A program made the translations under genes and the position numbers. The notes below the pieces were generated by a model that saw only the letters and a program-made list of their open reading frames with translations, made no database searches and was not told the DNA's origin. A stretch of 64,000 nt of DNA from Escherichia coli (GTDB taxonomy: Bacteria; Pseudomonadota; Gammaproteobacteria; Enterobacterales; Enterobacteriaceae), in NCBI RefSeq assembly GCF_044324785.1, contig NZ_CP172127.1; one strand, written 5' to 3'. Position 1 is the stretch's first letter, and each line of letters starts with the position of its first letter. This document shows positions 43,321 through 55,598 of this stretch, one piece after another.

Positions 43321-44220
43321 ATGTTTTCTGGGCTGTTAATCATTCTGGTTCCCCTGATTGTGGGTTACCTCATTCCGCTTCGCCAAAAAGCTGCATTAAA
43401 AGTTATTAATCAGCTATTAAGCTGGATGGTTTACCTTATTCTCTTTTTTATGGGTATCAGTCTGGCGTTTCTCGATAACCTCGCCAGTAACCTGTTGGCG
43501 ATTCTGCATTATTCTGCCGTCAGTATTACCGTTATTTTACTGTGTAATATTGCCGCCCTTATGTGGCTGGAGCGAGGCCTGCCATGGCGCAACTACCACC
43601 AGCAAGAAAAACTCCCGTCGCGTATTGCGATGGCGCTGGAGTCGCTAAAACTGTGCGGCGTAGTAGTGATTGGTTTTGCCATTGGCCTGAGTGGACTGGC
43701 TTTCTTACAACATGCGACCGAAGCCAGTGAATACACCTTAATTCTGCTACTTTTCCTCGTCGGTATTCAGTTGCGCAATAATGGCATGACCTTAAAGCAG
43801 ATTGTCCTTAATCGCCGGGGAATGATTGTCGCCGTGGTGGTGGTTGCCAGTTCATTAATTGGTGGTTTAATTAACGCCTTTATTCTTGATCTTCCCATCA
43901 ATACCGCGCTGGCAATGGCCTCCGGTTTCGGCTGGTATTCTCTTTCCGGTATTTTATTGACCGAATCTTTTGGTCCGGTAATCGGGAGCGCGGCGTTTTT
44001 TAATGATCTGGCCCGTGAGCTGATTGCAATTATGTTGATCCCTGGGCTGATTCGCCGCAGCCGCTCTACCGCACTGGGCTTATGCGGTGCGACGTCGATG
44101 GATTTCACCCTGCCCGTTCTTCAACGTACTGGCGGGCTGGATATGGTCCCGGCGGCAATTGTTCACGGTTTTATTCTTAGCCTGTTAGTGCCGATCCTCA
44201 TCGCCTTTTTCTCTGCATAA
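43321..44220 (+). CDS. ybjE: Lysine exporter LysO (YbjE)
   Basis: 299-aa membrane protein from MFSGLLIILVPLIVGYLIPL... Confidence 0.9.
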   Translation: MFSGLLIILVPLIVGYLIPLRQKAALKVINQLLSWMVYLILFFMGISLAFLDNLASNLLAILHYSAVSITVILLCNIAALMWLERGLPWRNYHQQEKLPSRIAMALESLKLCGVVVIGFAIGLSGLAFLQHATEASEYTLILLLFLVGIQLRNNGMTLKQIVLNRRGMIVAVVVVASSLIGGLINAFILDLPINTALAMASGFGWYSLSGILLTESFGPVIGSAAFFNDLARELIAIMLIPGLIRRSRSTALGLCGATSMDFTLPVLQRTGGLDMVPAAIVHGFILSLLVPILIAFFSA

Positions 44221-44253
44221 TACCTCTCTGGCGGTAGATCCCTGCCGCCAAAA

Positions 44254-44267
44254 TTGCGCTAAATCAA
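44254..44267 (+). promoter_or_regulatory. Putative FNR-type site (TTGCG-N4-ATCAA) in hcp promoter region
   Basis: Half-site ATCAA is perfect and TTGCG is partial; about 100 nt upstream of hcp. An NsrR-like AT-rich inverted repeat lies at about 44327-44349. Confidence 0.4.
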
Positions 44268-44363
44268 TCTCCCTTAAAGTTGCATAAAAAATCCCTTTTA
44301 TCCCCGCGTTAAGCGTCTTAACCTTAAACATGTATATTAAATATAACTTTAAAAGGTGTGATC

Positions 44364-46016
44364 ATGTTTTGTGTGCAATGTGAACAAACTATCCGTACTC
44401 CGGCAGGAAACGGCTGCTCATACGCGCAGGGGATGTGTGGTAAAACGGCGGAAACCTCTGACCTTCAGGATTTACTCATCGCGGCGCTGCAAGGGCTTTC
44501 GGCCTGGGCGGTAAAAGCGCGTGAATACGGCATCATCAACCACGATATAGACAGCTTTGCGCCACGCGCATTTTTCTCAACCCTGACCAACGTTAACTTC
44601 GATTCTCCGCGTATTGTCGGCTACGCTCGTGAAGCAATTGCCCTGCGCGAGGCGCTGAAAGCACAATGCCTGGCTGTAGATGCCAACGCCCGCGTCGATA
44701 ACCCGATGGCTGACCTGCAACTGGTGAGCGATGATCTCGGCGAGCTGCAACGTCAGGCGGCAGAATTTACCCCTAACAAAGATAAAGCGGCGATTGGCGA
44801 AAACATTCTCGGCCTGCGTCTGCTGTGCCTGTATGGCCTGAAAGGTGCGGCGGCCTATATGGAACACGCGCATGTTCTCGGTCAATACGACAACGATATT
44901 TACGCCCAGTACCATAAAATCATGGCGTGGCTGGGAACCTGGCCTGCCGATATGAACGCGCTTCTTGAGTGTTCAATGGAAATCGGCCAGATGAACTTCA
45001 AAGTGATGAGCATTCTGGACGCAGGCGAAACCGGTAAATACGGTCACCCGACCCCAACCCAGGTCAACGTCAAAGCGACGGCAGGTAAATGCATTCTGAT
45101 TTCCGGTCACGATCTCAAAGATCTCTACAACCTGCTGGAACAGACCGAAGGCACGGGCGTTAATGTCTACACCCACGGTGAAATGCTGCCTGCGCATGGC
45201 TACCCGGAGCTGCGTAAATTCAAGCATCTGGTCGGTAACTACGGCAGCGGCTGGCAGAATCAGCAAGTGGAGTTCGCTCGTTTCCCTGGCCCCATCGTGA
45301 TGACCTCGAACTGCATCATCGACCCAACCGTAGGCGCTTATGACGATCGTATCTGGACCCGCAGTATCGTTGGCTGGCCGGGTGTGCGTCATCTGGATGG
45401 CGAAGATTTCTCTGCGGTCATCGCCCAGGCGCAACAAATGGCGGGCTTCCCGTACAGCGAAATTCCGCACCTGATCACCGTGGGCTTTGGTCGTCAAACG
45501 CTGCTTGGCGCAGCGGATACGCTGATTGACCTGGTAAGCCGTGAAAAACTGCGTCATATCTTCCTGCTTGGCGGCTGTGACGGCGCACGCGGCGAGCGTC
45601 ACTATTTCACCGATTTCGCCACCAGCGTGCCGGATGACTGTCTGATCCTGACTCTCGCCTGTGGTAAATATCGCTTTAACAAACTCGAGTTTGGCGATAT
45701 CGAAGGTCTGCCGCGTCTGGTAGATGCTGGTCAGTGTAACGATGCTTACTCAGCGATTATTCTGGCGGTAACGCTGGCAGAAAAACTGGGCTGCGGTGTC
45801 AACGATCTGCCGCTGTCGCTGGTGCTCTCGTGGTTTGAACAGAAAGCGATTGTCATTCTGCTGACACTGCTTTCTCTGGGTGTGAAAAATATCGTCACCG
45901 GCCCTACTGCACCAGGTTTCCTGACACCAGACCTGCTGGCGGTGCTGAACGAGAAATTCGGCCTGCGTTCTATCACCACTGTTGAAGAAGACATGAAGCA
46001 ACTGTTGAGCGCGTAA
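44364..46016 (+). CDS. hcp: Hybrid-cluster protein (hydroxylamine reductase) Hcp
   Basis: 550 aa from [31 protein letters not shown]... Confidence 0.95.
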   Translation: MFCVQCEQTIRTPAGNGCSYAQGMCGKTAETSDLQDLLIAALQGLSAWAVKAREYGIINHDIDSFAPRAFFSTLTNVNFDSPRIVGYAREAIALREALKAQCLAVDANARVDNPMADLQLVSDDLGELQRQAAEFTPNKDKAAIGENILGLRLLCLYGLKGAAAYMEHAHVLGQYDNDIYAQYHKIMAWLGTWPADMNALLECSMEIGQMNFKVMSILDAGETGKYGHPTPTQVNVKATAGKCILISGHDLKDLYNLLEQTEGTGVNVYTHGEMLPAHGYPELRKFKHLVGNYGSGWQNQQVEFARFPGPIVMTSNCIIDPTVGAYDDRIWTRSIVGWPGVRHLDGEDFSAVIAQAQQMAGFPYSEIPHLITVGFGRQTLLGAADTLIDLVSREKLRHIFLLGGCDGARGERHYFTDFATSVPDDCLILTLACGKYRFNKLEFGDIEGLPRLVDAGQCNDAYSAIILAVTLAEKLGCGVNDLPLSLVLSWFEQKAIVILLTLLSLGVKNIVTGPTAPGFLTPDLLAVLNEKFGLRSITTVEEDMKQLLSA

Positions 46017-46027
46017 GGAGTTTGTCG

Positions 46028-46996
46028 ATGACGATGCCAACGAATCAATGCCCGTGGCGGATGCAGGTTCATCACATCACGCAAGAAACGCCGGATGTGT
46101 GGACGATTTCCCTGATTTGCCACGATTACTACCCATATCGCGCCGGGCAATATGCACTGGTCAGCGTGCGAAACTCAGCGGAAACGCTGCGTGCTTACAC
46201 CATTTCCTCCACGCCAGGCGTCAGTGAATACATCACCCTGACTGTGCGGCGGATTGATGACGGTGTCGGCTCCCGGTGGCTGACGCGCGATGTAAAACGC
46301 GGTGATTATCTCTGGCTTTCGGACGCGATGGGGGAATTTACCTGCGACGATAAAGCAGAAGATAAATTCCTGTTGCTGGCGGCAGGCTGCGGCGTCACGC
46401 CGATTATGTCGATGCGTCGCTGGCTGGCGAAGAACCGTCCGCAGGCCGATGTGCAGGTGATCTACAACGTGCGTTCGCCGCAGGATGTTATTTTCGCCGA
46501 TGAGTGGCGCAACTATCCGGTGACGCTGGTGGCAGAAAATAACGTTACCGAAGGCTTTATCGCTGGTCGTCTCACTCGCGAACTGCTGACTCGCGTTCCT
46601 GACTTAGCTTCACGTACCGTGATGACCTGCGGCCCGGCTCCGTATATGGATTGGGTAGAGCAGGAAGTGAAAGCGCTCGGCGTGACGCGTTTCTTTAAAG
46701 AGAAATTCTTCACCCCAGTAGCGGAAGCGGCGACCAGCGGTCTGAAATTCACCAAACTGCAACCGGCACGAGAATTTTACGCCCCGGTTGGCACCACGCT
46801 ACTGGAGGCGCTGGAAAGCAATAAAGTTCCGGTTGTCGCCGCCTGCCGTGCAGGTGTTTGCGGCTGCTGTAAGACGAAAGTGGTTTCCGGTGAATATACG
46901 GTGAGCAGCACAATGACGCTGACCGACGCCGAAATCGCTGAAGGTTACGTGCTGGCCTGCTCCTGCCATCCGCAGGGAGATTTGGTTCTCGCATAA
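46028..46996 (+). CDS. hcr: Hcp NADH oxidoreductase Hcr
   Basis: 322 aa from MTMPTNQCPWRMQVHHITQETPDVW...; C-terminal 2Fe-2S cysteine cluster; AAGGAG RBS. Confidence 0.95.
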   Translation: MTMPTNQCPWRMQVHHITQETPDVWTISLICHDYYPYRAGQYALVSVRNSAETLRAYTISSTPGVSEYITLTVRRIDDGVGSRWLTRDVKRGDYLWLSDAMGEFTCDDKAEDKFLLLAAGCGVTPIMSMRRWLAKNRPQADVQVIYNVRSPQDVIFADEWRNYPVTLVAENNVTEGFIAGRLTRELLTRVPDLASRTVMTCGPAPYMDWVEQEVKALGVTRFFKEKFFTPVAEAATSGLKFTKLQPAREFYAPVGTTLLEALESNKVPVVAACRAGVCGCCKTKVVSGEYTVSSTMTLTDAEIAEGYVLACSCHPQGDLVLA

Positions 46997-47128
46997 TCGC
47001 CTTATGCCCGATGATATTCCTTTCATCGGGCTATTTAACCGTTAGTGCCTCCTTTTTCTCCCATCCCTTCCCCCTCCGTCAGATGAACTAAACTTGTAAC
47101 CGTTATCACATTCAGGAGATGGAGAACC

Positions 47129-48847
47129 ATGAAACAAACGGTTGCAGCTTATATCGCCAAAACACTCGAATCGGCAGGCGTGAAACGCATCTGGGGAGTC
47201 ACGGGCGACTCTCTGAACGGTCTTAGCGACAGTCTTAATCGCATGGGCACCATCGAGTGGATGTCCACCCGCCATGAAGAAGTGGCGGCCTTTGCCGCTG
47301 GCGCTGAAGCACAACTTTCAGGAGAACTGGCGGTCTGTGCCGGGTCGTGCGGCCCCGGCAACCTGCACTTAATCAACGGCCTGTACGATTGCCACCGCAA
47401 TCACGTTCCGGTACTGGCGATTGCCGCTCATATTCCCTCCAGCGAAATTGGCAGCGGCTATTTCCAGGAAACCCACCCACAAGAGCTATTCCGCGAATGT
47501 AGTCACTATTGCGAGCTGGTTTCCAGCCCGGAGCAGATCCCACAAGTGCTGTCGATTGCCATGCGCAAAGCGGTGCTTAACCGTGGCGTTTCCGTTGTCG
47601 TGTTACCGGGCGACGTGGCGTTAAAACCTGCGCCAGAAGGGGCAACCTCGCACTGGTATCATGCGCCACAGCCAGTCGTGACGCCGGAAGAAGAAGAGTT
47701 ACGCAAACTGGCGCAACTGCTGCGTTATTCCAGCAATATCGCCCTGATGTGTGGCAGCGGCTGCGCGGGGGCGCATAAAGAGTTAGTTGAGTTTGCCGGG
47801 AAAATTAAAGCGCCTATTGTTCATGCCCTGCGCGGTAAAGAACATGTCGAATACGATAACCCGTATGATGTCGGAATGACGGGATTAATCGGCTTCTCGT
47901 CAGGTTTTCACACTATGATGAATGCCGACACGTTAGTGCTACTCGGTACTCAGTTCCCCTACCGCGCCTTCTACCCGACCGATGCCAAAATCATTCAGAT
48001 TGATATCAACCCAGCCAGCATCGGCGCTCACAGCAAGGTAGATATGGCACTGGTCGGCGATATCAAGTCGACTCTGCGTGCATTGCTGCCATTGGTGGAA
48101 GAAAAAACCGATCGCAAGTTTCTGGATAAAGCGCTGGAAGATTACCGCGACGCCCGCAAAGGGCTGGACGATTTAGCTAAACCGAGCGAGAAAGCCATTC
48201 ACCCGCAATATCTGGCGCAGCAAATTAGTCATTTTGCCGCCGATGACGCCATCTTTACCTGTGACGTCGGCACGCCAACGGTGTGGGCGGCACGTTATCT
48301 GAAAATGAACGGCAAGCGTCGTCTGTTAGGTTCGTTTAACCACGGTTCGATGGCTAACGCCATGCCGCAGGCGCTGGGTGCGCAGGCAACCGAGCCGGAA
48401 CGTCAGGTGGTCGCCATGTGCGGCGATGGCGGTTTTAGCATGTTGATGGGCGATTTTCTCTCAGTAGTGCAGATGAAACTGCCGGTGAAAATTATCGTCT
48501 TTAATAACAGCGTGCTGGGCTTTGTGGCGATGGAGATGAAAGCAGGTGGCTATTTGACTGACGGCACCGAACTACACGACACCAACTTTGCCCGCATTGC
48601 CGAAGCGTGCGGCATTACGGGTATTCGTGTAGAAAAAGCCTCTGAAATCGATGAAGCCCTGCAACGCGCCTTCTCCATCGACGGTCCGGTGTTGGTGGAT
48701 GTGGTGGTCGCCAAAGAAGAGTTAGCCATTCCACCGCAGATCAAACTCGAACAGGCCAAAGGATTTAGCTTGTATATGTTGCGCGCAATCATCAGCGGAC
48801 GCGGTGATGAAGTGATCGAACTGGCGAAAACGAACTGGCTAAGGTAA
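47129..48847 (+). CDS. poxB: Pyruvate oxidase (ubiquinone-dependent) PoxB
   Basis: 572 aa [36 protein letters not shown]... Confidence 0.97.
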   Translation: MKQTVAAYIAKTLESAGVKRIWGVTGDSLNGLSDSLNRMGTIEWMSTRHEEVAAFAAGAEAQLSGELAVCAGSCGPGNLHLINGLYDCHRNHVPVLAIAAHIPSSEIGSGYFQETHPQELFRECSHYCELVSSPEQIPQVLSIAMRKAVLNRGVSVVVLPGDVALKPAPEGATSHWYHAPQPVVTPEEEELRKLAQLLRYSSNIALMCGSGCAGAHKELVEFAGKIKAPIVHALRGKEHVEYDNPYDVGMTGLIGFSSGFHTMMNADTLVLLGTQFPYRAFYPTDAKIIQIDINPASIGAHSKVDMALVGDIKSTLRALLPLVEEKTDRKFLDKALEDYRDARKGLDDLAKPSEKAIHPQYLAQQISHFAADDAIFTCDVGTPTVWAARYLKMNGKRRLLGSFNHGSMANAMPQALGAQATEPERQVVAMCGDGGFSMLMGDFLSVVQMKLPVKIIVFNNSVLGFVAMEMKAGGYLTDGTELHDTNFARIAEACGITGIRVEKASEIDEALQRAFSIDGPVLVDVVVAKEELAIPPQIKLEQAKGFSLYMLRAIISGRGDEVIELAKTNWLR

Positions 48848-48883
48848 AAAGGGTGGCATTTCCCGTCATAATAAGGACATGCC

Positions 48884-49885
48884 ATGATTGATTTACGCAG
48901 TGATACCGTTACCCGACCGAGCCGCGCCATGCTCGAAGCAATGATGGCCACCCCGGTTGGGGACGACGTTTACGGAGACGACCCTACCGTTAATGCTCTG
49001 CAGGACTATGCGGCAGAGCTTTCCGGTAAAGAAGCCGCCATTTTTCTGCCTACCGGCACTCAGGCCAACCTGGTCGCTCTGCTCAGTCACTGCGAACGCG
49101 GCGAAGAGTATATCGTCGGTCAGGCCGCGCATAATTATCTGTTTGAAGCCGGTGGCGCAGCGGTGCTGGGCAGTATTCAACCGCAACCTATCGACGCGGC
49201 TGCTGACGGTACGCTACCGCTGGATAAAGTGGCGATGAAAATCAAACCCGACGATATCCATTTCGCCCGCACCAAATTACTCAGTCTGGAAAACACCCAC
49301 AACGGCAAAGTGTTGCCGCGTGAATACCTTAAAGATGCATGGGAATTTACCCGCGAGCGCAATCTGGCGCTGCATGTGGACGGTGCGCGCATCTTTAATG
49401 CCGTGGTGGCTTACGGCTGCGAACTAAAAGAGATCACGCAATATTGTGATTCATTCACCATTTGTCTGTCGAAAGGTCTTGGTACGCCAGTCGGTTCGTT
49501 ACTGGTCGGTAAGCGTGACTACATTAAACGTGCAATTCGCTGGCGGAAAATGACAGGGGGCGGGATGCGCCAGTCCGGCATTCTGGCAGCCGCCGGGATG
49601 TATGCGCTGAAAAATAACGTCGCACGCTTGCAGGAAGATCATGACAATGCCGCCTGGATGGCGGAGCAGTTGCGTGAAGCAGGCGCGGATGTGATGCGTC
49701 AGGACACCAATATGCTGTTTGTTCGCGTCGGGGAAGAAAATGCTGCCGCGTTAGGCGAATACATGAAAGCGAGAAACGTGCTGATTAACGCCTCGCCGAT
49801 TGTCCGCCTGGTGACGCATCTCGACGTCTCGCGCGAGCAACTAGCTGAAGTCGCCGCCCACTGGCGCGCATTCCTGGCGCGTTAA
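48884..49885 (+). CDS. ltaE: Low-specificity L-threonine aldolase LtaE
   Basis: 333 aa [42 protein letters not shown]... Confidence 0.95.
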   Translation: MIDLRSDTVTRPSRAMLEAMMATPVGDDVYGDDPTVNALQDYAAELSGKEAAIFLPTGTQANLVALLSHCERGEEYIVGQAAHNYLFEAGGAAVLGSIQPQPIDAAADGTLPLDKVAMKIKPDDIHFARTKLLSLENTHNGKVLPREYLKDAWEFTRERNLALHVDGARIFNAVVAYGCELKEITQYCDSFTICLSKGLGTPVGSLLVGKRDYIKRAIRWRKMTGGGMRQSGILAAAGMYALKNNVARLQEDHDNAAWMAEQLREAGADVMRQDTNMLFVRVGEENAAALGEYMKARNVLINASPIVRLVTHLDVSREQLAEVAAHWRAFLAR

Positions 49886-49895
49886 GGAGGGAGAC

Positions 49896-51326
49896 GTGCC
49901 GCAACGCATTTTAGTTCTCGGTGCCAGTGGCTACATTGGTCAGCATCTGGTGCGAACTCTCAGCCAGCAAGGGCATCAGATCCTGGCGGCGGCACGTCAT
50001 GTCGACAAGCTTGCAAAGCTGCAACTGGCAAACGTCAGTTGCCATAAAGTCGATCTCAGCTGGCCGGATAACCTTCCGGCCCTGTTGCAGGATATCGATA
50101 CGGTCTATTTTCTGGTGCACAGCATGGGCGAAGGCGGCGATTTTATCGCTCAGGAGCGCCAGGTGGCTCTCAACGTCCGCGATGCGCTACGCGAAGTCCC
50201 TGTTAAGCAATTAATCTTTCTCAGTTCGTTGCAGGCCCCGCCACATGAGCAGTCGGACCATCTGCGCGCCCGTCAGGCTACGGCGGATATTCTTCGTGAA
50301 GCGGGTGTCCCGGTGACCGAATTGCGTGCCGGAATAATCGTTGGCGCAGGTTCAGCGGCGTTCGAAGTCATGCGCGATATGGTCTACAACCTGCCAGTGT
50401 TAACGCCGCCACGCTGGGTTCGTTCACGCACCACGCCCATCGCGCTGGAAAACTTGCTGCACTATCTGGTGGCGCTGTTAGATCATCCGGCCAGCGAACA
50501 TCGCATCTTCGAAGCCGCCGGACCAGAAGTGCTCAGTTATCAGCAACAGTTTGAACATTTTATGGCGGTGAGCGGTAAGCGCCGCTGGTTGATCCCCATC
50601 CCCCTCCCCACCCGCTGGATTTCGGTGTGGTTTCTCAATGTGATTACTTCCGTACCGCCCACCACCGCCAGGGCGTTGATTCAGGGGCTGAAACATGATC
50701 TGCTGGCGGATGACACCGCACTACGTGCACTCATCCCACAACGGCTGATTGCTTTCGATGACGCGGTACGTCGCACCCTGAAAGAGGAAGAAAAGCTGGT
50801 CAACTCCAGCGACTGGGGATACGACGCTCAGGCCTTTGCCCGCTGGCGACCGGAGTACGGTTATTTCGCCAAACAAGCGGGGTTTACCGTTAAAACGTCT
50901 GCCAGACTTGCGGCTTTATGGCAGGTGGTGAATCAAATCGGCGGTAAAGAGCGTTATTTCTTTGGCAATATTTTGTGGCAAACCCGGGCGTTGATGGACC
51001 GCGCGATCGGTCATAAGCTGGCGAAAGGCCGCCCGGAGCGTGAATATTTGCAGACCGGCGATGCGGTGGATAGCTGGAAAGTGATTGTCGTTGAACCGGA
51101 AAAACAACTTACGCTGTTATTTGGCATGAAAGCGCCGGGGCTGGGACGACTGTGTTTTACCCTGGAAGATAAAGGCGACTATCGTACTATCGATGTTCGT
51201 GCATTCTGGCATCCGCACGGTATGCCGGGGCTGTTTTACTGGTTATTGATGATCCCCGCGCATCTGTTTATTTTTCGCGGAATGGCAAAACAAATCGCCA
51301 GACTGGCAGAACAAAGCACAGATTAA
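49896..51326 (+). CDS. ybjT: YbjT, NAD(P)-binding Rossmann-fold protein with C-terminal DUF2867-like region
   Basis: GTG start with AAGGAGG RBS; product (M)[18 protein letters not shown]... Confidence 0.85.
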   Translation: MPQRILVLGASGYIGQHLVRTLSQQGHQILAAARHVDKLAKLQLANVSCHKVDLSWPDNLPALLQDIDTVYFLVHSMGEGGDFIAQERQVALNVRDALREVPVKQLIFLSSLQAPPHEQSDHLRARQATADILREAGVPVTELRAGIIVGAGSAAFEVMRDMVYNLPVLTPPRWVRSRTTPIALENLLHYLVALLDHPASEHRIFEAAGPEVLSYQQQFEHFMAVSGKRRWLIPIPLPTRWISVWFLNVITSVPPTTARALIQGLKHDLLADDTALRALIPQRLIAFDDAVRRTLKEEEKLVNSSDWGYDAQAFARWRPEYGYFAKQAGFTVKTSARLAALWQVVNQIGGKERYFFGNILWQTRALMDRAIGHKLAKGRPEREYLQTGDAVDSWKVIVVEPEKQLTLLFGMKAPGLGRLCFTLEDKGDYRTIDVRAFWHPHGMPGLFYWLLMIPAHLFIFRGMAKQIARLAEQSTD

Positions 51327-51424
51327 TCGACAAAACCTGCGTTATTCTTTCATGTTTCCCATTGCATCATGGGGGAAATCACGGAAGAATGCGCACGTCA
51401 TTTTCTCAACAACAGTGGATTGAT

Positions 51425-52438
51425 ATGAAGGTACTGGTTACCGGCGCCACCAGCGGCTTAGGTCGAAACGCGGTAGAGTTTTTATGCCAGAAAGGCATCA
51501 GCGTGCGAGCGACCGGTCGCAACGAGGCAATGGGTAAATTGCTGGAAAAAATGGGCGCAGAGTTTGTTCCGGCGGATCTGACCGAGCTGGTCTCATCACA
51601 AGCTAAAGTGATGCTCGCGGGCATTGATACGCTGTGGCACTGCTCCAGCTTTACCTCGCCCTGGGGGACACAACAGGCTTTCGATCTGGCTAACGTTCGC
51701 GCCACTCGCCGCCTGGGTGAATGGGCTGTCGCCTGGGGTGTGCGTAACTTTATTCATATCTCTTCACCCTCCCTGTACTTCGATTATCACCACCATCGCG
51801 ATATTAAAGAAGATTTTCGCCCTCACCGCTTCGCTAACGAGTTTGCCCGCAGCAAAGCAGCCAGCGAAGAAGTGATCAATATGCTTTCGCAGGCGAATCC
51901 ACAAACGCGCTTTACTATTCTGCGCCCACAAAGTCTGTTCGGACCGCACGATAAAGTCTTTATCCCCCGTCTGGCGCATATGATGCACCACTACGGCAGC
52001 ATTCTGTTACCACACGGCGGCAGTGCGCTGGTCGATATGACCTACTATGAAAATGCCGTGCACGCCATGTGGCTAGCAAGCCAGGAAGCCTGCGATAAGC
52101 TACCTTCCGGGCGTGTGTACAACATCACCAACGGCGAGCATCGCACACTGCGCAGCATCGTGCAGAAGCTGATCGACGAGTTGAATATTGACTGTCGTAT
52201 TCGTTCCGTCCCCTACCCGATGCTGGATATGATCGCCCGCAGCATGGAGCGTTTAGGCCGCAAGTCAGCAAAAGAGCCGCCGCTGACCCACTACGGCGTC
52301 TCCAAGTTGAATTTTGACTTTACGCTGGATATTACGCGTGCGCAGGAAGAGTTAGGTTATCAACCAGTCCTCACCCTGGATGAAGGTATCGAGAAAACTG
52401 CCGCCTGGCTACGCGACCACGGAAAACTGCCGCGCTAA
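51425..52438 (+). CDS. ybjS: YbjS, NAD-dependent epimerase/dehydratase family protein
   Basis: Product from [20 protein letters not shown]...; the track ORF has a 21-codon upstream extension. Confidence 0.85.
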   Translation: MKVLVTGATSGLGRNAVEFLCQKGISVRATGRNEAMGKLLEKMGAEFVPADLTELVSSQAKVMLAGIDTLWHCSSFTSPWGTQQAFDLANVRATRRLGEWAVAWGVRNFIHISSPSLYFDYHHHRDIKEDFRPHRFANEFARSKAASEEVINMLSQANPQTRFTILRPQSLFGPHDKVFIPRLAHMMHHYGSILLPHGGSALVDMTYYENAVHAMWLASQEACDKLPSGRVYNITNGEHRTLRSIVQKLIDELNIDCRIRSVPYPMLDMIARSMERLGRKSAKEPPLTHYGVSKLNFDFTLDITRAQEELGYQPVLTLDEGIEKTAAWLRDHGKLPR

Positions 52439-53265
52439 TCCTGCCCGTATTTCTCCAGCAACGCTTCGGCAATCGCCTGAGTTTCTGCATCCGCTTCGCC
52501 GTTGTATAACGTCGGGCGGAAATGCATCTGGAACGCCATAATCACGCGCCGCTGCTCGCGCGGTGTCATATCAGGTTTAACGTCATAACCGTAGCGCGCC
52601 AAAAGCTCCAGTAATGATGCGGTATCTACCGGTGTGTGCGGCGCGCGCCCGGCAAGGTAAAAGTTCACCCGCTGCGCATCCGGCCAGGCACCAATCCCCT
52701 GCTGCGCCAGTTGTTGCCAGGGGAATAACGGCCCCGGATCGTCTTTGCGCTGCGGCGCAATATCCGCATGCGCCACTACGTTTTCCGGCTTGATGTGATA
52801 ACGGGCAATAATATCTTTCGCCAGCGGAATAAGCGCCTGAATCTGTGCCTGTTCAAACGGGGCAAAATATTTCACTCCGGATGATTTTTGCCAGCCACGG
52901 TTTTCCAGCTCAATGCCAATAGAGGTGTCGTTAAGACGCGTTGCCCCGCGCCAGGCGCTAATCCCCGCATGCCAGGCCAGCTCCTGTTCCGGCACCAGTT
53001 GCCAGATGCGCGGTTTACCGTTGTATCGCGGTGGCACAGCAGGGACCAGATAATGCGAACTGACCTGCTTATCGGTCAGTGTCGCCAGCGAGCTATCAAA
53101 ATCATCTGCGGTGTAGTGGATCACCAGCACTTTAATGCGCGGATACGCCGCCTGTGCCTGGCGTCGGGTATCAAGCTGATATCCCTCTTTCTCGACAATG
53201 CCTTTTTCGCCTGCACACCCTGCCAGTAACAGAGCGACAGCGATCAGCCAGAAGACTCTTCTCAT
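52435..53265 (-). CDS. amiD: N-acetylmuramoyl-L-alanine amidase AmiD (lipoprotein)
   Basis: 276 aa [21 protein letters not shown]...; start overlaps ybjQ stop. Confidence 0.9.
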
Positions 53266-53585
53266 CGACGCGTTTTCACCGCCGTACCGCTGACGCTAAC
53301 CATCAGCATACTGCCGTTTTGCCCGACCGTTTCGTAGTCGATATCAATACCAACCACGGCATCGGCCCCCAGTGCCCGGGCCTGGGAGCCTAGTTCCTCA
53401 AAGGCGATCTCCCGCGCTTTACGTAGCTCTTTTTCGTAGGCCCCGGAGCGTCCACCAACGATATCGCGGATACCGGCAAAGAAATCACGGAAAATATTGG
53501 CACCTAAAATCGCTTCGCCGGTCACCACACCGCAATATTCGACGATGGTCTGGCCTTCCAGAGTTGGGGTTGTAGAAAATTGCAT
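53262..53585 (-). CDS. ybjQ: YbjQ (UPF0145 family)
   Basis: 107 aa [32 protein letters not shown]...; AAGGAG RBS. Confidence 0.9.
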
Positions 53586-53795
53586 GATCGATCTCCTTGT
53601 TTGTTAAGCCTTCGATCTCTAAAGCATTATCGGACTGATATGCCATGTTGGGAAGAAGGTTTTGATCAGTTTAGGAAATCATCTCATTGTGTCAAAAACA
53701 CCCACTTAAGTCTTTACGATTATCCGTTGCATAACCCGATATTAGTTTCATTATAGGGCACCGCTTACCTGTCGTATTATGTAGTACCAGCAACA

Positions 53796-55598
53796 TTAAT
53801 GAGCGGAAAGAGTCAACTTATACTGTAAATTATTCCAAAATTTTTCCGCATCTTGTGGCTGAGGAACATACCTCTGGATTGCTTTTTGATCGACCTCGGC
53901 AAAACAAGAAAGTAATAAGATCTCAATGTTTTTGTCATTAATATATGCAAAAATCATTCTTGCAAACTCGTATATAAACGCCCGTTCTTGAGCGTTTAAT
54001 AGTTTAATACAATATTTATTCTTAAGAGAGAAAAGAATTTCAAGGAAAGCATCCGCTGCAACCTTCACGTTATTCCCCGCATTCATATTAAATATATCTC
54101 TTACGCAGATAGAATACAGTGAAAGTAAACAGCCATACAAATAATCATTTATTAATTCTTTTGTCCATTTTACTGGCAACCAGGGTTTTATCTTGACACC
54201 ATGCATACTACAGTCATGAAAAAGACATTTACTGAAATTAACTCTTATCATATCAACATTGAAAAAATTGCAGTTAATAAATTTTAAAGAATGAGTATTT
54301 ACGTTGTTAATTTTAACAGATCTAAACGAAATATTTTTGAATACACTGTTTATTACATTGCTATTTGTTATTTTAACATTACCTAAACTGCCGTTTTCAA
54401 AGCAACACTTCTTCAATATACTTTCATTCACAACAGTATGTAATAAATGGAGATTATTTATGTTTTGCTTTATTAATGCCACGTCATTAAAATAACTATA
54501 TTTAATAAAGCAACCATTATTGAGTAGTGTTTTAAGATTGACTAAATTACTTGCATCTTCACGTACCATCGTGGCAATTGAAACAGGCAGAGACATGAGA
54601 ACTTCTTCATTCACCATCAAGTGAATCATGCATTGCGTTCCCTTTGTCATATCCACACTTACGCTACAAATATCGTGGTAATGCGAAGAGTGCATTTCAG
54701 GAAAAAGATTAAACACCGTATCTTGAAAGGCACTAAATCGTGTTAATAAATCCTGATAATGAACAGGTTTTGTTTCAAAATTATCATCAGCAAATCCAAG
54801 CACTATTGCATGCTCTACATTTAACGCAGTTTCAAATGATTCTTCTTCTGTAAAATCATTATTTAAAACCTCACCTGACGTATTTTCACTGTCATAAAAA
54901 GTACTCATCAATGCGATATTGTTTGTTACAGAGTCTTTTTCGATATTCTCACTAATTGCATATCGCCTGCTATAATCATAAAAATGAATAAACGCGTCCT
55001 TTATAAAGGATATATATTGTTCTTTGTTAAAGTCAATACGACTGTATAATTTTTCAAAAATCACATTCGCAATCTTACTACCAATGGTATGCCTGTATAA
55101 TAATGGGTGCGATTCAATCGTAAAATGCTTGTCTAAGTGATGTTGTAATTTATTCTCATAGTCCAGTGGGAAAAGAAACTTTTGTCTTTCAAGTTTCCCA
55201 TTCAATATATTACGTATTCCAATGGTGATTCTTTCATTACCCGTTTTTATTTCAACTTCGTTATCTTCTGTTTTACCCAAATATTTTTTAACATCAGTCT
55301 CGAAAGCATTAGTAAAAAATGCATTAAATTGATAAATCGCTGATGGAATATTTTCCGCGAGCAACACATCATTTTTTATGATATCACTGTCAGCATTTAT
55401 TGCTAATATCAGATGCAAGTAGATGGTGTCCCATGTAGACAACTCATCCTTACGACTGGAATTTAATATCGCGAAAAATTCCCTCAGTGAATCCAGAAAA
55501 TTATCACTTTGATTCAGTTGTGTACCTGGAAATGATAATACTTGATCAGATATATTGTTTATCATATTAAAAATCACCCAAGAAAAACGATAATCCAC
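53796..55598 (-). CDS. Pentapeptide-repeat protein, 600 aa, AT-rich; possibly EspX/PipB2-like type III effector family (tentative)
   Basis: GTG start with GAGGA RBS 5 nt upstream; about 15 consecutive pentapeptide repeats (CCFEN GSLGN VKITN SNVIN SVFKN ISFRS VKINN VNTHS LKFIN CNFFN VDMIR VNFSK CLFHD CSMHG VKIKP) around residues 390-465; gene absent from this position in K-12 as recalled. Confidence 0.65.
   Translation of the reverse strand: MDYRFSWVIFNMINNISDQVLSFPGTQLNQSDNFLDSLREFFAILNSSRKDELSTWDTIYLHLILAINADSDIIKNDVLLAENIPSAIYQFNAFFTNAFETDVKKYLGKTEDNEVEIKTGNERITIGIRNILNGKLERQKFLFPLDYENKLQHHLDKHFTIESHPLLYRHTIGSKIANVIFEKLYSRIDFNKEQYISFIKDAFIHFYDYSRRYAISENIEKDSVTNNIALMSTFYDSENTSGEVLNNDFTEEESFETALNVEHAIVLGFADDNFETKPVHYQDLLTRFSAFQDTVFNLFPEMHSSHYHDICSVSVDMTKGTQCMIHLMVNEEVLMSLPVSIATMVREDASNLVNLKTLLNNGCFIKYSYFNDVALIKQNINNLHLLHTVVNESILKKCCFENGSLGNVKITNSNVINSVFKNISFRSVKINNVNTHSLKFINCNFFNVDMIRVNFSKCLFHDCSMHGVKIKPWLPVKWTKELINDYLYGCLLSLYSICVRDIFNMNAGNNVKVAADAFLEILFSLKNKYCIKLLNAQERAFIYEFARMIFAYINDKNIEILLLSCFAEVDQKAIQRYVPQPQDAEKFWNNLQYKLTLSAH

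Noticed and set aside
44230-44237. ops-like GGCGGTAG octamer upstream of hcp
   Set aside because: Only the first 8 of 12 ops positions match (GGCGGTAGATCC); hcp is not an RfaH-type operon; treated as chance.
44973-45602. Minus-strand 209-aa ORF inside hcp, and similar antisense ORFs inside artP (57043-57693), poxB, clpA and macB
   Set aside because: All lie antisense within confidently identified conserved genes; no independent support.
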